From Verrucomicrobiota bacterium (GTDB lineage: Bacteria; Verrucomicrobiota; Verrucomicrobiia; Limisphaerales; UBA9464), in the NCBI GenBank assembly GCA_025363585.1, contig JANYDN010000371.1, positions 1 through 60,218 on the forward strand: a DNA stretch of 60,218 nucleotides. Reading direction: 5' to 3'. The notes under the pieces were generated by a model that was not told where the DNA came from, ran no database searches, and was given only the letters and a program-made list of their open reading frames with translations. The position numbers and the translations under genes are program-made. Positions within the stretch are counted from its first letter, which is position 1; every line of letters begins with the position of its first letter. Below, one piece after another: positions 9,962-17,939 of the stretch.

Positions 9962-10125
9962 CCCCTTCCAATGCCTTCGAGGTTAGCTGACGGGCTCGGG
10001 CTGAAAGGTGCCCTCGTTCGTGGTCGCCCACGTTCGTACGCCCCGTCCCGGAAATCATCGGATCCCCGGGAATTGGTTCCCCCGCGCCCGGCCTTTTGGA
10101 TGCAGCCGGGCTTCGGCGAGCGCCG
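9962..10125 (-). promoter_or_regulatory. c-di-AMP riboswitch (ydaO-yuaA class)
   Basis: Minus strand CGCCGAAGCC...GGCGCGGGGGAACCA...GGGG...CCTTTCAGCCCGAGCCCGTCAGCTAACCTCGAAGGC..GGAAGGGG matches the conserved CCCGnCAGCUAACnnCGnAGGC core. It lies 5' of a K+ transporter, with TTGACA at 10156-10151 upstream. Confidence 0.88.
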
Positions 10126-10271
10126 GACGTATCGCAAAGCGCGCCCAAAGTGTCAAACATTGGACCGACGCCAATGCACTGATCCCGTTCGCCGGGAGCC
10201 AGTTGCCCTGTTTCCAACCGCGGCCCCAACCCGCGATTGGTCCGCCCGACTTCCAATGGTACGATCCGCGC

Positions 10272-11801
10272 ATGGCGTTCGATTCCTTCAGGGACTGGGT
10301 CCTCGGCCTCGAGCGCGCCGGCGAACTCCGGCGCGTCAAGGTGCCCGTGGCCACGGAACTCGAGATCACCGCGTTGGCGGACGCCGAGATGAAATCGCCC
10401 GGCGGCGGCCGCGCGCTCCTGATCGAGCAACCCACCGTCGAGGGACGCGTCTCCCCCTTTCCCGTCGCGATCAACACCATGGGCTCCTGGAAGCGCATGG
10501 CCCTCGCCCTCGGCGGCGAATCCGTCGAGGCCGTCTCGCGGGAACTCGGAGAATTGCTCCACGCCAAACCGCCGACCGGGATCCGCGACGCGCTAAGACT
10601 TCTCGGACAGGCCATGGAACTCCGCCACGCGCGCCCCCGCACGGTGCGCGAGGGCGCCTGCCAGGAAGTCGTCCATCGATTCGATCCTCTTCCCACCCGC
10701 ACCACGCCTTGGCCGGCCGCGCCCGATATCCTTCGCGGCGAGACCACCGCGCCGTTCCCGCCGACGTTGCTCGATCTCCCCATCCTGAAATGTTGGCCGC
10801 TCGATGGCGGACGCTTCCTCACCCTGCCCTGCGTGGTCACCCAGGATCCGGATACCGGCGACCGCAACGTCGGCATGTACCGCGTACAGATCTACGATCC
10901 GCGGACGACGGGCGTTCACTGGCAATTGCAGAAGGTGGCGGCGCGCCATGGCCGTCGGTATTACGAAACCGGCCGCCGCATGCCGGTCGCCATCTTTCTT
11001 GGCGGTGATCCCGCGTTTCCTTTCGCCGCCACCGCGCCGTTGCCCGATGGTCTCGACGAGTTTCTTCTCGCTGGCTATCTGCGCCGCAAATCCGTCGATC
11101 TCGTCAAATGCCTGACGGTCGACCTCCAGGTGCCGGCCGACGCGGATTTCGTGATCGAGGGTTATGTCGATCCCACCGAACCGACCCGCATGGAAGGTCC
11201 GTTCGGCGACCACACCGGGTTCTATACGTTGCCAGAGCCGTATCCCGTGTTCCACGTGACCGCCGTCACTCACCGGCGCGACGCGGTGTATCCGGCCACG
11301 ATCGTCGGCGTTCCGCCGATGGAGGATTTCTATATTGGGAGCGCCTCGGTGAAATTGTTCCTGCCGGTGTTCCGGATGAATTTTCCCGAGATCGTCGACA
11401 TCGCGCTGCCCGCCGAGGGCGTGTTCCACAACCTGGTCGTGGTCAGCATCCGCAAGACGTACCCGATGCAGGCCTACAAGATCATGCACGGCCTGTGGGG
11501 CATGGGTCAGATGATGTTCACCAAATACCTCGTGGTGGTGGACGACGACGTCGACGTGCACGACACGCGCGACGTGTTGTTCCGCATGTGCGCGAACACG
11601 GACCCGCAGCGCGACACGCTCCTGACGCGCGGCCCGGCGGACGTGCTGGACCACGCGACGCCCGAGGTCGGCGCCGGCGGCAAACTAGGCATCGACGCCA
11701 CGCGCAAGCTACCGGGCGAGGGTTTCAAGCGGCCTTGGCCTCCATTGATCAAGATGGACCCCGCGGTCCGCGAGAAGATGTCGAAGCTGTTCAATATCTA
11801 A
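10272..11801 (+). CDS. ubiD: UbiD-family decarboxylase (menaquinone/futalosine-pathway type likely)
   Basis: RNVGMYRVQ, EGPFGDHTGFY, YPATIVGVPPMED and GGKLGIDATRK motifs. Confidence 0.93.
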   Translation: MAFDSFRDWVLGLERAGELRRVKVPVATELEITALADAEMKSPGGGRALLIEQPTVEGRVSPFPVAINTMGSWKRMALALGGESVEAVSRELGELLHAKPPTGIRDALRLLGQAMELRHARPRTVREGACQEVVHRFDPLPTRTTPWPAAPDILRGETTAPFPPTLLDLPILKCWPLDGGRFLTLPCVVTQDPDTGDRNVGMYRVQIYDPRTTGVHWQLQKVAARHGRRYYETGRRMPVAIFLGGDPAFPFAATAPLPDGLDEFLLAGYLRRKSVDLVKCLTVDLQVPADADFVIEGYVDPTEPTRMEGPFGDHTGFYTLPEPYPVFHVTAVTHRRDAVYPATIVGVPPMEDFYIGSASVKLFLPVFRMNFPEIVDIALPAEGVFHNLVVVSIRKTYPMQAYKIMHGLWGMGQMMFTKYLVVVDDDVDVHDTRDVLFRMCANTDPQRDTLLTRGPADVLDHATPEVGAGGKLGIDATRKLPGEGFKRPWPPLIKMDPAVREKMSKLFNI

Positions 11802-11897
11802 TATGAGCCGGCGAGCTTTGCCTTTGTTGATACCACGACGAAGGACGATGAAACCGGCACGGGCCGCATTCCGATTGGCCCATTATCCGTCGCCCCG

Positions 11898-12815
11898 TTG
11901 ACCTTGCTCGTCACTCTTGTTGCCGCTCGCGCCGTCTTCGGCGTGTCGGCGAACGCGCTCCAGAAGCGACTCGTCGATGGCGGCGTTTCCGTCCGACGCC
12001 TCTGGATGGCGACTTATCTCTGGATGCTGCTTCCGGCCGCGCTGATCGCCGCATTTCAGGTTATGCCACAGACCCCGGCGTTCTGGCGCGATGCCGCTTT
12101 GGCCGGCCTGTTCGACGCGCTCGGCAATCTCGCGATGGTCGCCGCCCTGCGCTCCACGGACCTCTCGTTGTTCGGGCCGCTGAACGCATTGCGCCCGCTG
12201 CTGGCACTGGTCTTCGGCTGGGTGTTCCTCGGCGAGCATCCGACGGTCATCGGTCTGGCCGGAATCGGCGTCACCGCAATGGGTGCCGCGTGGCTGCTGG
12301 CCGGCGACGGCGGGACCGGGAAGAAACTCGCTCCGCGCAGAACGGCTGAGATCCTTGGGTTGCGGTTTGGCGGATTGGCGTTGTCGTCGGTTGGCGCCGT
12401 GTTCCTGAAACGCGCGGCGGACCAAGGCGGAAGCGGCTGGACCCTGGCGATCTGGGTCGCGGCCGGCAGCGCGCTTCTGGCGATCGCCGCCTTCAACCGC
12501 GGGAACTCCAAGGAATCGACCGAGGCAAGCGACGCGTCCGACCGGGATATCAATTCCGGCGGACAAGGCTCCCCGCGTTTCCCGAGCGCGGCCGTGATCG
12601 CGCTGCACGCGGCGCTGTTCCTTGCGATGCAATGGGCGACGGTCGTGATTTTCCGCGGCGCGCTGCTGGCCTACTCGTTCGTCTTCTTCCAACTCGGCAT
12701 GATCCTGCAGGTCATCGTGGGCCGCGTGGTCTTCGGCGAACCGGCATTCGCAAAACGTCTGGCCGCATGCCTAATCATGGCCGCCGGCGCGGGACTTATA
12801 CTTTGGAAGGGCTGA
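11898..12815 (+). CDS. EamA/DMT-family membrane transporter
   Basis: About 10 hydrophobic segments; LALVFGWVFLGE and VGRVVFGE repeats. Confidence 0.8.
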   Translation: MTLLVTLVAARAVFGVSANALQKRLVDGGVSVRRLWMATYLWMLLPAALIAAFQVMPQTPAFWRDAALAGLFDALGNLAMVAALRSTDLSLFGPLNALRPLLALVFGWVFLGEHPTVIGLAGIGVTAMGAAWLLAGDGGTGKKLAPRRTAEILGLRFGGLALSSVGAVFLKRAADQGGSGWTLAIWVAAGSALLAIAAFNRGNSKESTEASDASDRDINSGGQGSPRFPSAAVIALHAALFLAMQWATVVIFRGALLAYSFVFFQLGMILQVIVGRVVFGEPAFAKRLAACLIMAAGAGLILWKG

Positions 12816-12932
12816 ACCACGGATCCGGGCCTGGTTGCACGGCCTATTCCCACGGGAAGGGATTGACCACGGACCACACGGAACGAAACCAAACGAGGCA
12901 CCTCCTTCCGTTGGGCTCCGTGCTGGGCGGCA

Positions 12933-13208
12933 TCATTCCAGTCTCCTCGGAACAAGCGCATCGCACTGCGCCTTGCATCCGGCCTCGACCAATCGACGCA
13001 GGATCTCGGGCTCGGTGCCGCAATAGCGATATGCCGCAATACATGAGCCTACCACCACCTCGATCATCCGGCTGATCTCCTCTGGTGTCTCGGGCGCAGT
13101 CTCGACCGGCAAGGAGCACGTGATGCACCGATCCTTCTCAACATGAAAAGGACCGGGCGCATTCTCTGGTTCCCGCTCGTAATGCGGCGTGACCATCTTG
13201 TCAGTCAT
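12933..13208 (-). CDS. Ferredoxin-like small protein in a gene cassette, possibly with an internal deletion
   Basis: NAPGPFHVEKDRCITCSLPVETAPE..TPEE..GSCIAAYRY; follows the attC at 13222. Confidence 0.6.
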   Translation of the reverse strand: MTDKMVTPHYEREPENAPGPFHVEKDRCITCSLPVETAPETPEEISRMIEVVVGSCIAAYRYCGTEPEILRRLVEAGCKAQCDALVPRRLE

Positions 13209-13221
13209 GGCGTGCGTGGCG

Positions 13222-13311
13222 GCCTAATGATCGGCCCGGGGACGCCGGGTCCCGAGCGTGGGAATGGAATGAGAACATAATCCCGGCATTGCCTGGCGCG
13301 ACCCGTTCGCC
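13222..13311 (-). mobile_element. attC site 2 (degenerate)
   Basis: Begins GGCGAAC (R'') 1 nt after the toxin stop, has an inner stem ATGCCGGG/CCCGGCGT, and ends ATTAGGC (GTTAGGC with G>A). R'' is the exact complement of the GTTCGCC that opens this cassette. Confidence 0.7.
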
Positions 13312-13312
13312 C

Positions 13313-13612
13313 TCAACTGGCCTCCGTCCTCCGCTTCGAACGGACAGGATCTCGCCGTAGATCAACTACGCCCGCCACCGTGACATCCGTACCATCGTGC
13401 GAATAGATGACAGCATACGGAAACCTGCGGAACAGGCAGCGCCTATGCCTGACACCAACCCGCGCCCATGCCTCGGGAAACCGATCCACCCTCGCCATCG
13501 TGGCCACGAACTCGTCGAGAAACTCGCCCCCAAGGCCGGGTGCCTGCGCCTCATACCACGCCGCAGCCTCTGCCAACTCCGATTCCGCGACACTGAGCAA
13601 CCGGTAGCTCAT
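13313..13612 (-). CDS. parE: RelE/ParE-family type II toxin
   Basis: AESELAEAAAWYEAQAPGLGGEF and RRCLFRRFPYAVIY; ATGA overlap with the antitoxin. Confidence 0.92.
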   Translation of the reverse strand: MSYRLLSVAESELAEAAAWYEAQAPGLGGEFLDEFVATMARVDRFPEAWARVGVRHRRCLFRRFPYAVIYSHDGTDVTVAGVVDLRRDPVRSKRRTEAS

Positions 13613-13830
13613 CGCAGCCGTCGCCGAATCGCGTCGATCGCCGACGGCCCATCGACCACGGACATCTCGCCCCGCTCGAAAGCCTCCAACCGGCGATCCG
13701 CCTCGCGTCCCCAGCGCTCCATGCGCTCGCCGTCTTCAAGCCCCAAAGTGAGCAGCAGGCGGTCCGCCAACAGCGCGCGCTCGGCAACCGTCAATCCGAG
13801 CGCCTCTCGTTCGATCGTGGCAGCGTCCAT
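13609..13830 (-). CDS. Addiction module antitoxin (TIGR02574-like)
   Basis: ALGLTVAERALLADRLLLTL..W..EADRRLEAFERG; coupled upstream of the ParE toxin. Confidence 0.9.
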   Translation of the reverse strand: MDAATIEREALGLTVAERALLADRLLLTLGLEDGERMERWGREADRRLEAFERGEMSVVDGPSAIDAIRRRLR

Positions 13831-13839
13831 GGTGCGGAA

Positions 13840-13868
13840 AGCCTACCCGACACCCCATCTCCCGGCAA
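13840..13868 (-). promoter_or_regulatory. sigma70-like promoter inside the TA cassette
   Basis: TTGCCG-N17-TAGGCT, ending 9 nt before the antitoxin ATG. Confidence 0.55.
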
Positions 13869-13886
13869 CCCGCATCAGGCGCATCA

Positions 13887-13981
13887 GGCGAACGAAACAA
13901 GCTCAGCGAGCCGGCGCACGGGACGCAGTGATTGCAATCCCGCGGCCGCGGGACCGGGTTCGCTGCAGCGCATGGTTGAAC
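13887..13981 (-). mobile_element. attC site 1
   Basis: GTTCAAC(R'')-CATGC-GCTGCAGC(L'', extra G)-GAACCCGG...CCGGCTC-GCTGAGC(L')-TTGTTTC-GTTCGCC(R'); 95 bp. Confidence 0.85.
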
Positions 13982-14061
13982 GAAGCCGCTGCGCCGGGGG
14001 GGGTCGCCGTAGTGGACGACGATGGTGTCCCGGGGCACATGCTCCGGGTGTATGAAAGTGT

Positions 14062-14364
14062 ATGAAAGCCACCACGCCACTACGGCAGACATTCATCGAT
14101 CATTCCCTCCAGTCCGCCGAAGCCCCGGGCGAAGGCGGATCACCCTCCGCCCGAACCGTCGGGACTTATATCACGTGGGTCACGGGTTTCGCCGGGTTTC
14201 ACGGGCGATCTCCCGATGCCCTCGGGCGTCCGGAGATCGCCTCGTGGTTACTCCACCCAATCCAACGGCGCAAGCACTCCGATTCCACCGTCACCCTCGC
14301 AAACACATCTCGGCAATGCTACCGGTTTACCCGGAAGGGGTCCGAGGGATTCTACAGGAGATAA
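14062..14364 (+). pseudogene. Tyrosine recombinase remnant (N-terminal SAM-like domain only; resembles the IS91-associated integrases)
   Basis: TPLRQTFID..SARTVGTYITWV..FHGRSPDALGRPEIASWLLH..RKHSDSTV. No catalytic domain follows, and a palindrome is inserted at 14113-14139. Confidence 0.75.
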
Positions 14365-14475
14365 GGGAGGGTGTGTTTTGGTAGATTGGTTGGATGACCC
14401 GAGCCTTCCGATCGCCGCCTCACCACGTTTCGATCCACAGAAGGGCCGCGGGCGGTCGAGTCTGTTGGGGCATTG

Positions 14476-14660
14476 AAACCACAGATTAGAGCCGATTTGT
14501 ACGGATTACCGCCGGACGTTGGAATTGACCACGGAGCACACGGAATGAGACCGTGCAAGGGCCTTCTTTCCGTGTGCTCCGTGTGCTCCGTGTGTTCCGT
14601 GTGCTCCGTGGTCCGAATATGAATCGGCACGCCAGCGCCCCAATCCGTGGTTTCCGTGGT
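14476..14660. repeat. 9-nt-period inverted repeat nest (ACCACGGAGCACACGGA / TCCGTGTGCTCCGTGGT)
   Basis: Left arm 14528-14545; right arm of four TCCGTGTG(C/T) units at about 14569-14612; further arm 14643-14660. Confidence 0.8.
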
Positions 14661-14667
14661 CCCGGTA

Positions 14668-16137
14668 CTACTTCTCTCGGAACGCCCAGAGGTGGCGGCC
14701 GGATCTAATATATAGCGTGTCGTCCGCGACCACCGGCGTCGCCGCGATCGGTTCGCCAAAATCGGTCTTCGACAAAACCTCGGGTTTGTCGCCCGGCTTC
14801 AGCGTCACGACCACGCCGCTCTGGGCCGCGATCAGGATCTTGTCCCCCACCGCCACGGGCGAGGCATAGTAGTCGCCCGGGACCCCGATGCGTTCCTTGT
14901 CCGCCAAAACCTTTCCCGTCGCCGCCTCGTAGATGGTCAGCAACCCGCCGTCCTTGATTAGGTAGACCCGACCGTCATGCACCAACGGCGACGCCACATA
15001 GGGCGCGCCCTTGTCGTTCGACCACCGCACGTGCGTGTCGGTGATGTCGCCCTTGCCGCCGGGCTTGATCGAGACCACCGCGTTCTTGCCGCGCGCCATG
15101 TAGCTAAGGCTGTCTTCCCACTCCTCGGGATCGATGAAGCCGTTCTTGTTCTTGTCGAACAACACGAAGAAGTCCGCCATGAACGTGCCCTCCGAATCGG
15201 CCTTGGACAATTTGCCGTCCTTGTCCTTGTCCATCATCGCGAGGAATTCCGGCCACGCCGGCATGTTGCGCTCGTTGCTGGAGCCATTGCTCCACGTGGC
15301 TATATATAAATTGCCGTCCGCACCCGGCGTGGGCGACGTGCAGGGATACGCGGCGAGCCCGCGCACCGACCAACGGTCCGCGCCGGTCTTGGGATCGTAA
15401 GCCTTGACCCGGAGATCGCCGAGGGCGACCAGATTGCCATCCCAGATCAACGGCGTGCCGAAGCTCACCCGGAACCCGTCACGATCCCGTCGCCAGACCT
15501 GCTTGCCGGACTTGAGATCGAAGGCATAGAGCCCCTTGCCTGGACCGTCCTCGTCGCGGAGCAGATAGACCAAACCGTCGTGGACGATGGGCGATGTCCC
15601 CGAGCCAAACCCGTCCTTGGTCTGCGGGAGCGGGAGTGCCACGCGCCATTGCTCGGTGCCCGCGAGATCGTGGCATATAAGTCCGAACGACCCGAAATAA
15701 CTCACGACGCGCCGCCCTTCGCTGGCGCAGGTGGAGGCGGCGGGCGAGCCCAGCTTCACGAAATACGGCTCGAGCTTTTCCGGCGTGATCGTCCGGCGCC
15801 ACGCCACGGAACCGTCCGCGCGCTTGATGGCCAGTGTCTCCAGCGTCTTGTCGCCGTCGAACCCGGTAAGGTAAATGCGGTCGCCGACGATGCAGGGCGT
15901 GCTCTGTCCGGACGAGATCTCGGCTTTCCAAAAGACGTTTTTGTCCGGGCCAAATTCCTTGGGCGCGTGTTGGCCGGCGAAGACGTTGTCGCAACGCGTG
16001 CCGCGGAACTGGGGCCATGAAGCGGGTGCGGCGGACAATCCGGCGGCGGCGGCAACGGCCATGGCGAGGGCGATCGTCCACGGTTGCGGTGTCGGCCGGA
16101 GGTCGCCCCGCCTTCCCGCACCAAACGTCGGATTCAT
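14668..16137 (-). CDS. PQQ-like (BamB-like) beta-propeller protein with EF-hand insert
   Basis: WPQFRG, GSGTSPIV and YYASPV repeats; DKDKDGKLSKAD and DKNKNGFIDPEE loops. Confidence 0.88.
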   Translation of the reverse strand: MNPTFGAGRRGDLRPTPQPWTIALAMAVAAAAGLSAAPASWPQFRGTRCDNVFAGQHAPKEFGPDKNVFWKAEISSGQSTPCIVGDRIYLTGFDGDKTLETLAIKRADGSVAWRRTITPEKLEPYFVKLGSPAASTCASEGRRVVSYFGSFGLICHDLAGTEQWRVALPLPQTKDGFGSGTSPIVHDGLVYLLRDEDGPGKGLYAFDLKSGKQVWRRDRDGFRVSFGTPLIWDGNLVALGDLRVKAYDPKTGADRWSVRGLAAYPCTSPTPGADGNLYIATWSNGSSNERNMPAWPEFLAMMDKDKDGKLSKADSEGTFMADFFVLFDKNKNGFIDPEEWEDSLSYMARGKNAVVSIKPGGKGDITDTHVRWSNDKGAPYVASPLVHDGRVYLIKDGGLLTIYEAATGKVLADKERIGVPGDYYASPVAVGDKILIAAQSGVVVTLKPGDKPEVLSKTDFGEPIAATPVVADDTLYIRSGRHLWAFREK

Positions 16138-16193
16138 GCGCGGTTGATGCGGGGATTTGGCCGAAGAAGCAAATGGGTTCTTGGGGGCGCAAC

Positions 16194-16705
16194 TTCCCAC
16201 TGTCGCCCGGATCGCCAGGAAAGAGACCCCGGAATGATTTTGCGGGAGGTAACGGAGCTGGGGGCCGTGACTCCGGCAGATGATCCACATTCCTTCTGCG
16301 CCTCCGCGCCTCTGCGGGAAGATCTCAACACGGGTTTTATTCCCGCGGCCGGATCGTTGTTCATGTGCCAGCCGCGGAAGACGTCCGCAGATGCCGCAGA
16401 TGGCGCAGATAGTTGTCGGTGCTGAAGATCTGCGTTATCTGCGCCATCTGCGGACCAAAAGGGATGCCACGTTGCCGGCCGCCGCGGGAGTATTGCGGAG
16501 AAGGGTATGGAGACATGATCTTCGCGTCCCTCGCGGCTTCGCGTGAGTCTTCCTCGATCCGTGACACATCGTCCTTTCGCGGTTTGCCTTCGCGCGAAAA
16601 GGAACGAGGCGAGTCGTGCCCGCAAGCAAGACGAAGCCCCTGTTTTCTCCGTCACCTCCTGTCGAAAGTCCCGGTCCCGTTCGGGGTGGTTGGGGCAGTG
16701 GCAAG
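16194..16705. repeat. Composite nested palindromic repeat region
   Basis: GGAGGTAACGGAG (16244) / CTCCGTCACCTCC (16647); CCGCAGATGGCGCAGAT / ATCTGCGCCATCTGCGG; solo arms TCTGCGCCTCCGCGCCTCTGCG and CTTCGCGTCCCTCGCGGCTTCGCGTGA. Confidence 0.7.
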
Positions 16706-16760
16706 GTGTGCCCGGTTCTTCCTTGATCCTGTCGCCGTTCGGCCGCCCAACTCATCGCCG

Positions 16761-17573
16761 ATGAACGTTCGCACGCGCCTTCCCGTCGCGCTCACCATCG
16801 CCGGATCCGATTCCGGCGGCGGCGCGGGCATCCAGGCCGATCTCAAGACGTTCGCCGCCCTTGGCGTCCACGGCACCACTGCGATCACCTGTCTCACGGC
16901 GCAAAATCCGAAAACCGTCACCGCGGTGCACGCGGCGCCGGCGGCATTCGTCCGCGCGCAGATCGACGCCGTGTTCGCGGAGCTGCCGCCGCGCGCGGCG
17001 AAGAGCGGAATGCTCTTCGACACGGCGATCATCCGCGAGGTCGCCCGCGCGTGGCGCGAACCGCGCCGTCCGATGCTCGTCGTGGATCCAGTGATGCTCT
17101 CCACCAGCGGCGCGGCGTTGCTGAAAAACTCCGCGCAAAAGGCGCTCCGCGACGAACTCCTGCCGCTCGCCTCCCTCGTCACGCCGAATCTCGACGAGGC
17201 AGCCGCGTTGCTCGGGCGCGCGCTGGAGTCGGTCGACGATCTCAGGCAGGCCGCGCGCGATCTCCACTCGCGGTTCGGCGTGGCGTTCCTCGTGAAGGGC
17301 GGCCACCTGCGCGGACTACGCGACGCGGTGGATGTCTATTGGGACGGCACGGAGGAGTTGTTGCTGTCGGCACCGTTCGTCCGGGGTGTCGCCACGCACG
17401 GCACCGGTTGCACCTATGCGGCGGCGATCACGGCTGACCTGGCGCGGGGACTAAAGTTGCCGCGCGCGGTCGAACTGGCGAAACACCACGTCACGCAGGC
17501 CATCGATCGATCGACGCGGGTTGGAAAACACACGGCGTTGAATCCGTTCTGGGACCAAGAGCGGCGGGGCTAA
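16761..17573 (+). CDS. thiD: Hydroxymethylpyrimidine/phosphomethylpyrimidine kinase
   Basis: LTIAGSDSGGGAGIQADLKT, TPNLDEA, KGGH and THGTGCT motifs. Confidence 0.96.
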   Translation: MNVRTRLPVALTIAGSDSGGGAGIQADLKTFAALGVHGTTAITCLTAQNPKTVTAVHAAPAAFVRAQIDAVFAELPPRAAKSGMLFDTAIIREVARAWREPRRPMLVVDPVMLSTSGAALLKNSAQKALRDELLPLASLVTPNLDEAAALLGRALESVDDLRQAARDLHSRFGVAFLVKGGHLRGLRDAVDVYWDGTEELLLSAPFVRGVATHGTGCTYAAAITADLARGLKLPRAVELAKHHVTQAIDRSTRVGKHTALNPFWDQERRG

Positions 17574-17750
17574 GCCGGCTCCATGCGGTCGCGGCAGGGG
17601 AAATATTTCACGCCAAGCCGGACCAAGGCCATCCAAGGGGACAAAGACAGCCGCGGTGTCGTTTCACCGAACCGTGGACTTCGGTGAGCGCATCCCAATC
17701 CGCTCGAGTTAAGCTTTGGCCGGCCTTGGTCCTCCTTGGCGTGAGAAAAT
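17574..17750. repeat. MITE/REPIN-like element, family B
   Basis: Left arm ATTTCACGCCAAGCCGGACCAAGGCC and right arm GGCCTTGGTCCTCCTTGGCGTGAGAAAAT; homologous to 46264-46491. Confidence 0.7.
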
Positions 17751-17804
17751 CCGGTCATCCCAAAGAATCGTTCCGGCCAAGGACCGAGGAAGGGCGCGAG
17801 GTCA

Positions 17805-17895
17805 GCGATCTCACGATCACTGCCACGACACAATTCCAGGGAACCGTGATTGGCGTGGTGCCTGGTTGCGTCCGCGATCTCACGATCGCTGCCAC
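17805..17895. repeat. Two direct copies of GCGATCTCACGATC(A/G)CTGCCAC (REP-like)
   Basis: Copies at about 17805 and 17875; reverse copy at 29091-29114. Confidence 0.7.
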
Positions 17896-17939
17896 GCAGT
17901 CGTTGCGTCGTCGCCGCGGTGGAATCGCCAGGAGGCCGG

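Noticed and set aside
12878-12916. Third complete attC site
   Set aside because: It has GCCCAAC and a GTT end but is only 39 bp with no L boxes; treated as a remnant.
14062-14364. Calling the remnant intI
   Set aside because: The catalytic domain and IntI-specific insertion are absent, and the N-terminus fits the IS91-associated clade better by eye.
14520-14660. CRISPR array (also considered at 23744-24012)
   Set aside because: Units are 9-nt tandem or inverted repeats with no unique spacers, and there are no cas genes.
16560-16760. TPP riboswitch upstream of thiD
   Set aside because: No CUGAGA or AGCGUAGGGA-like core found; the region is repeat-derived.
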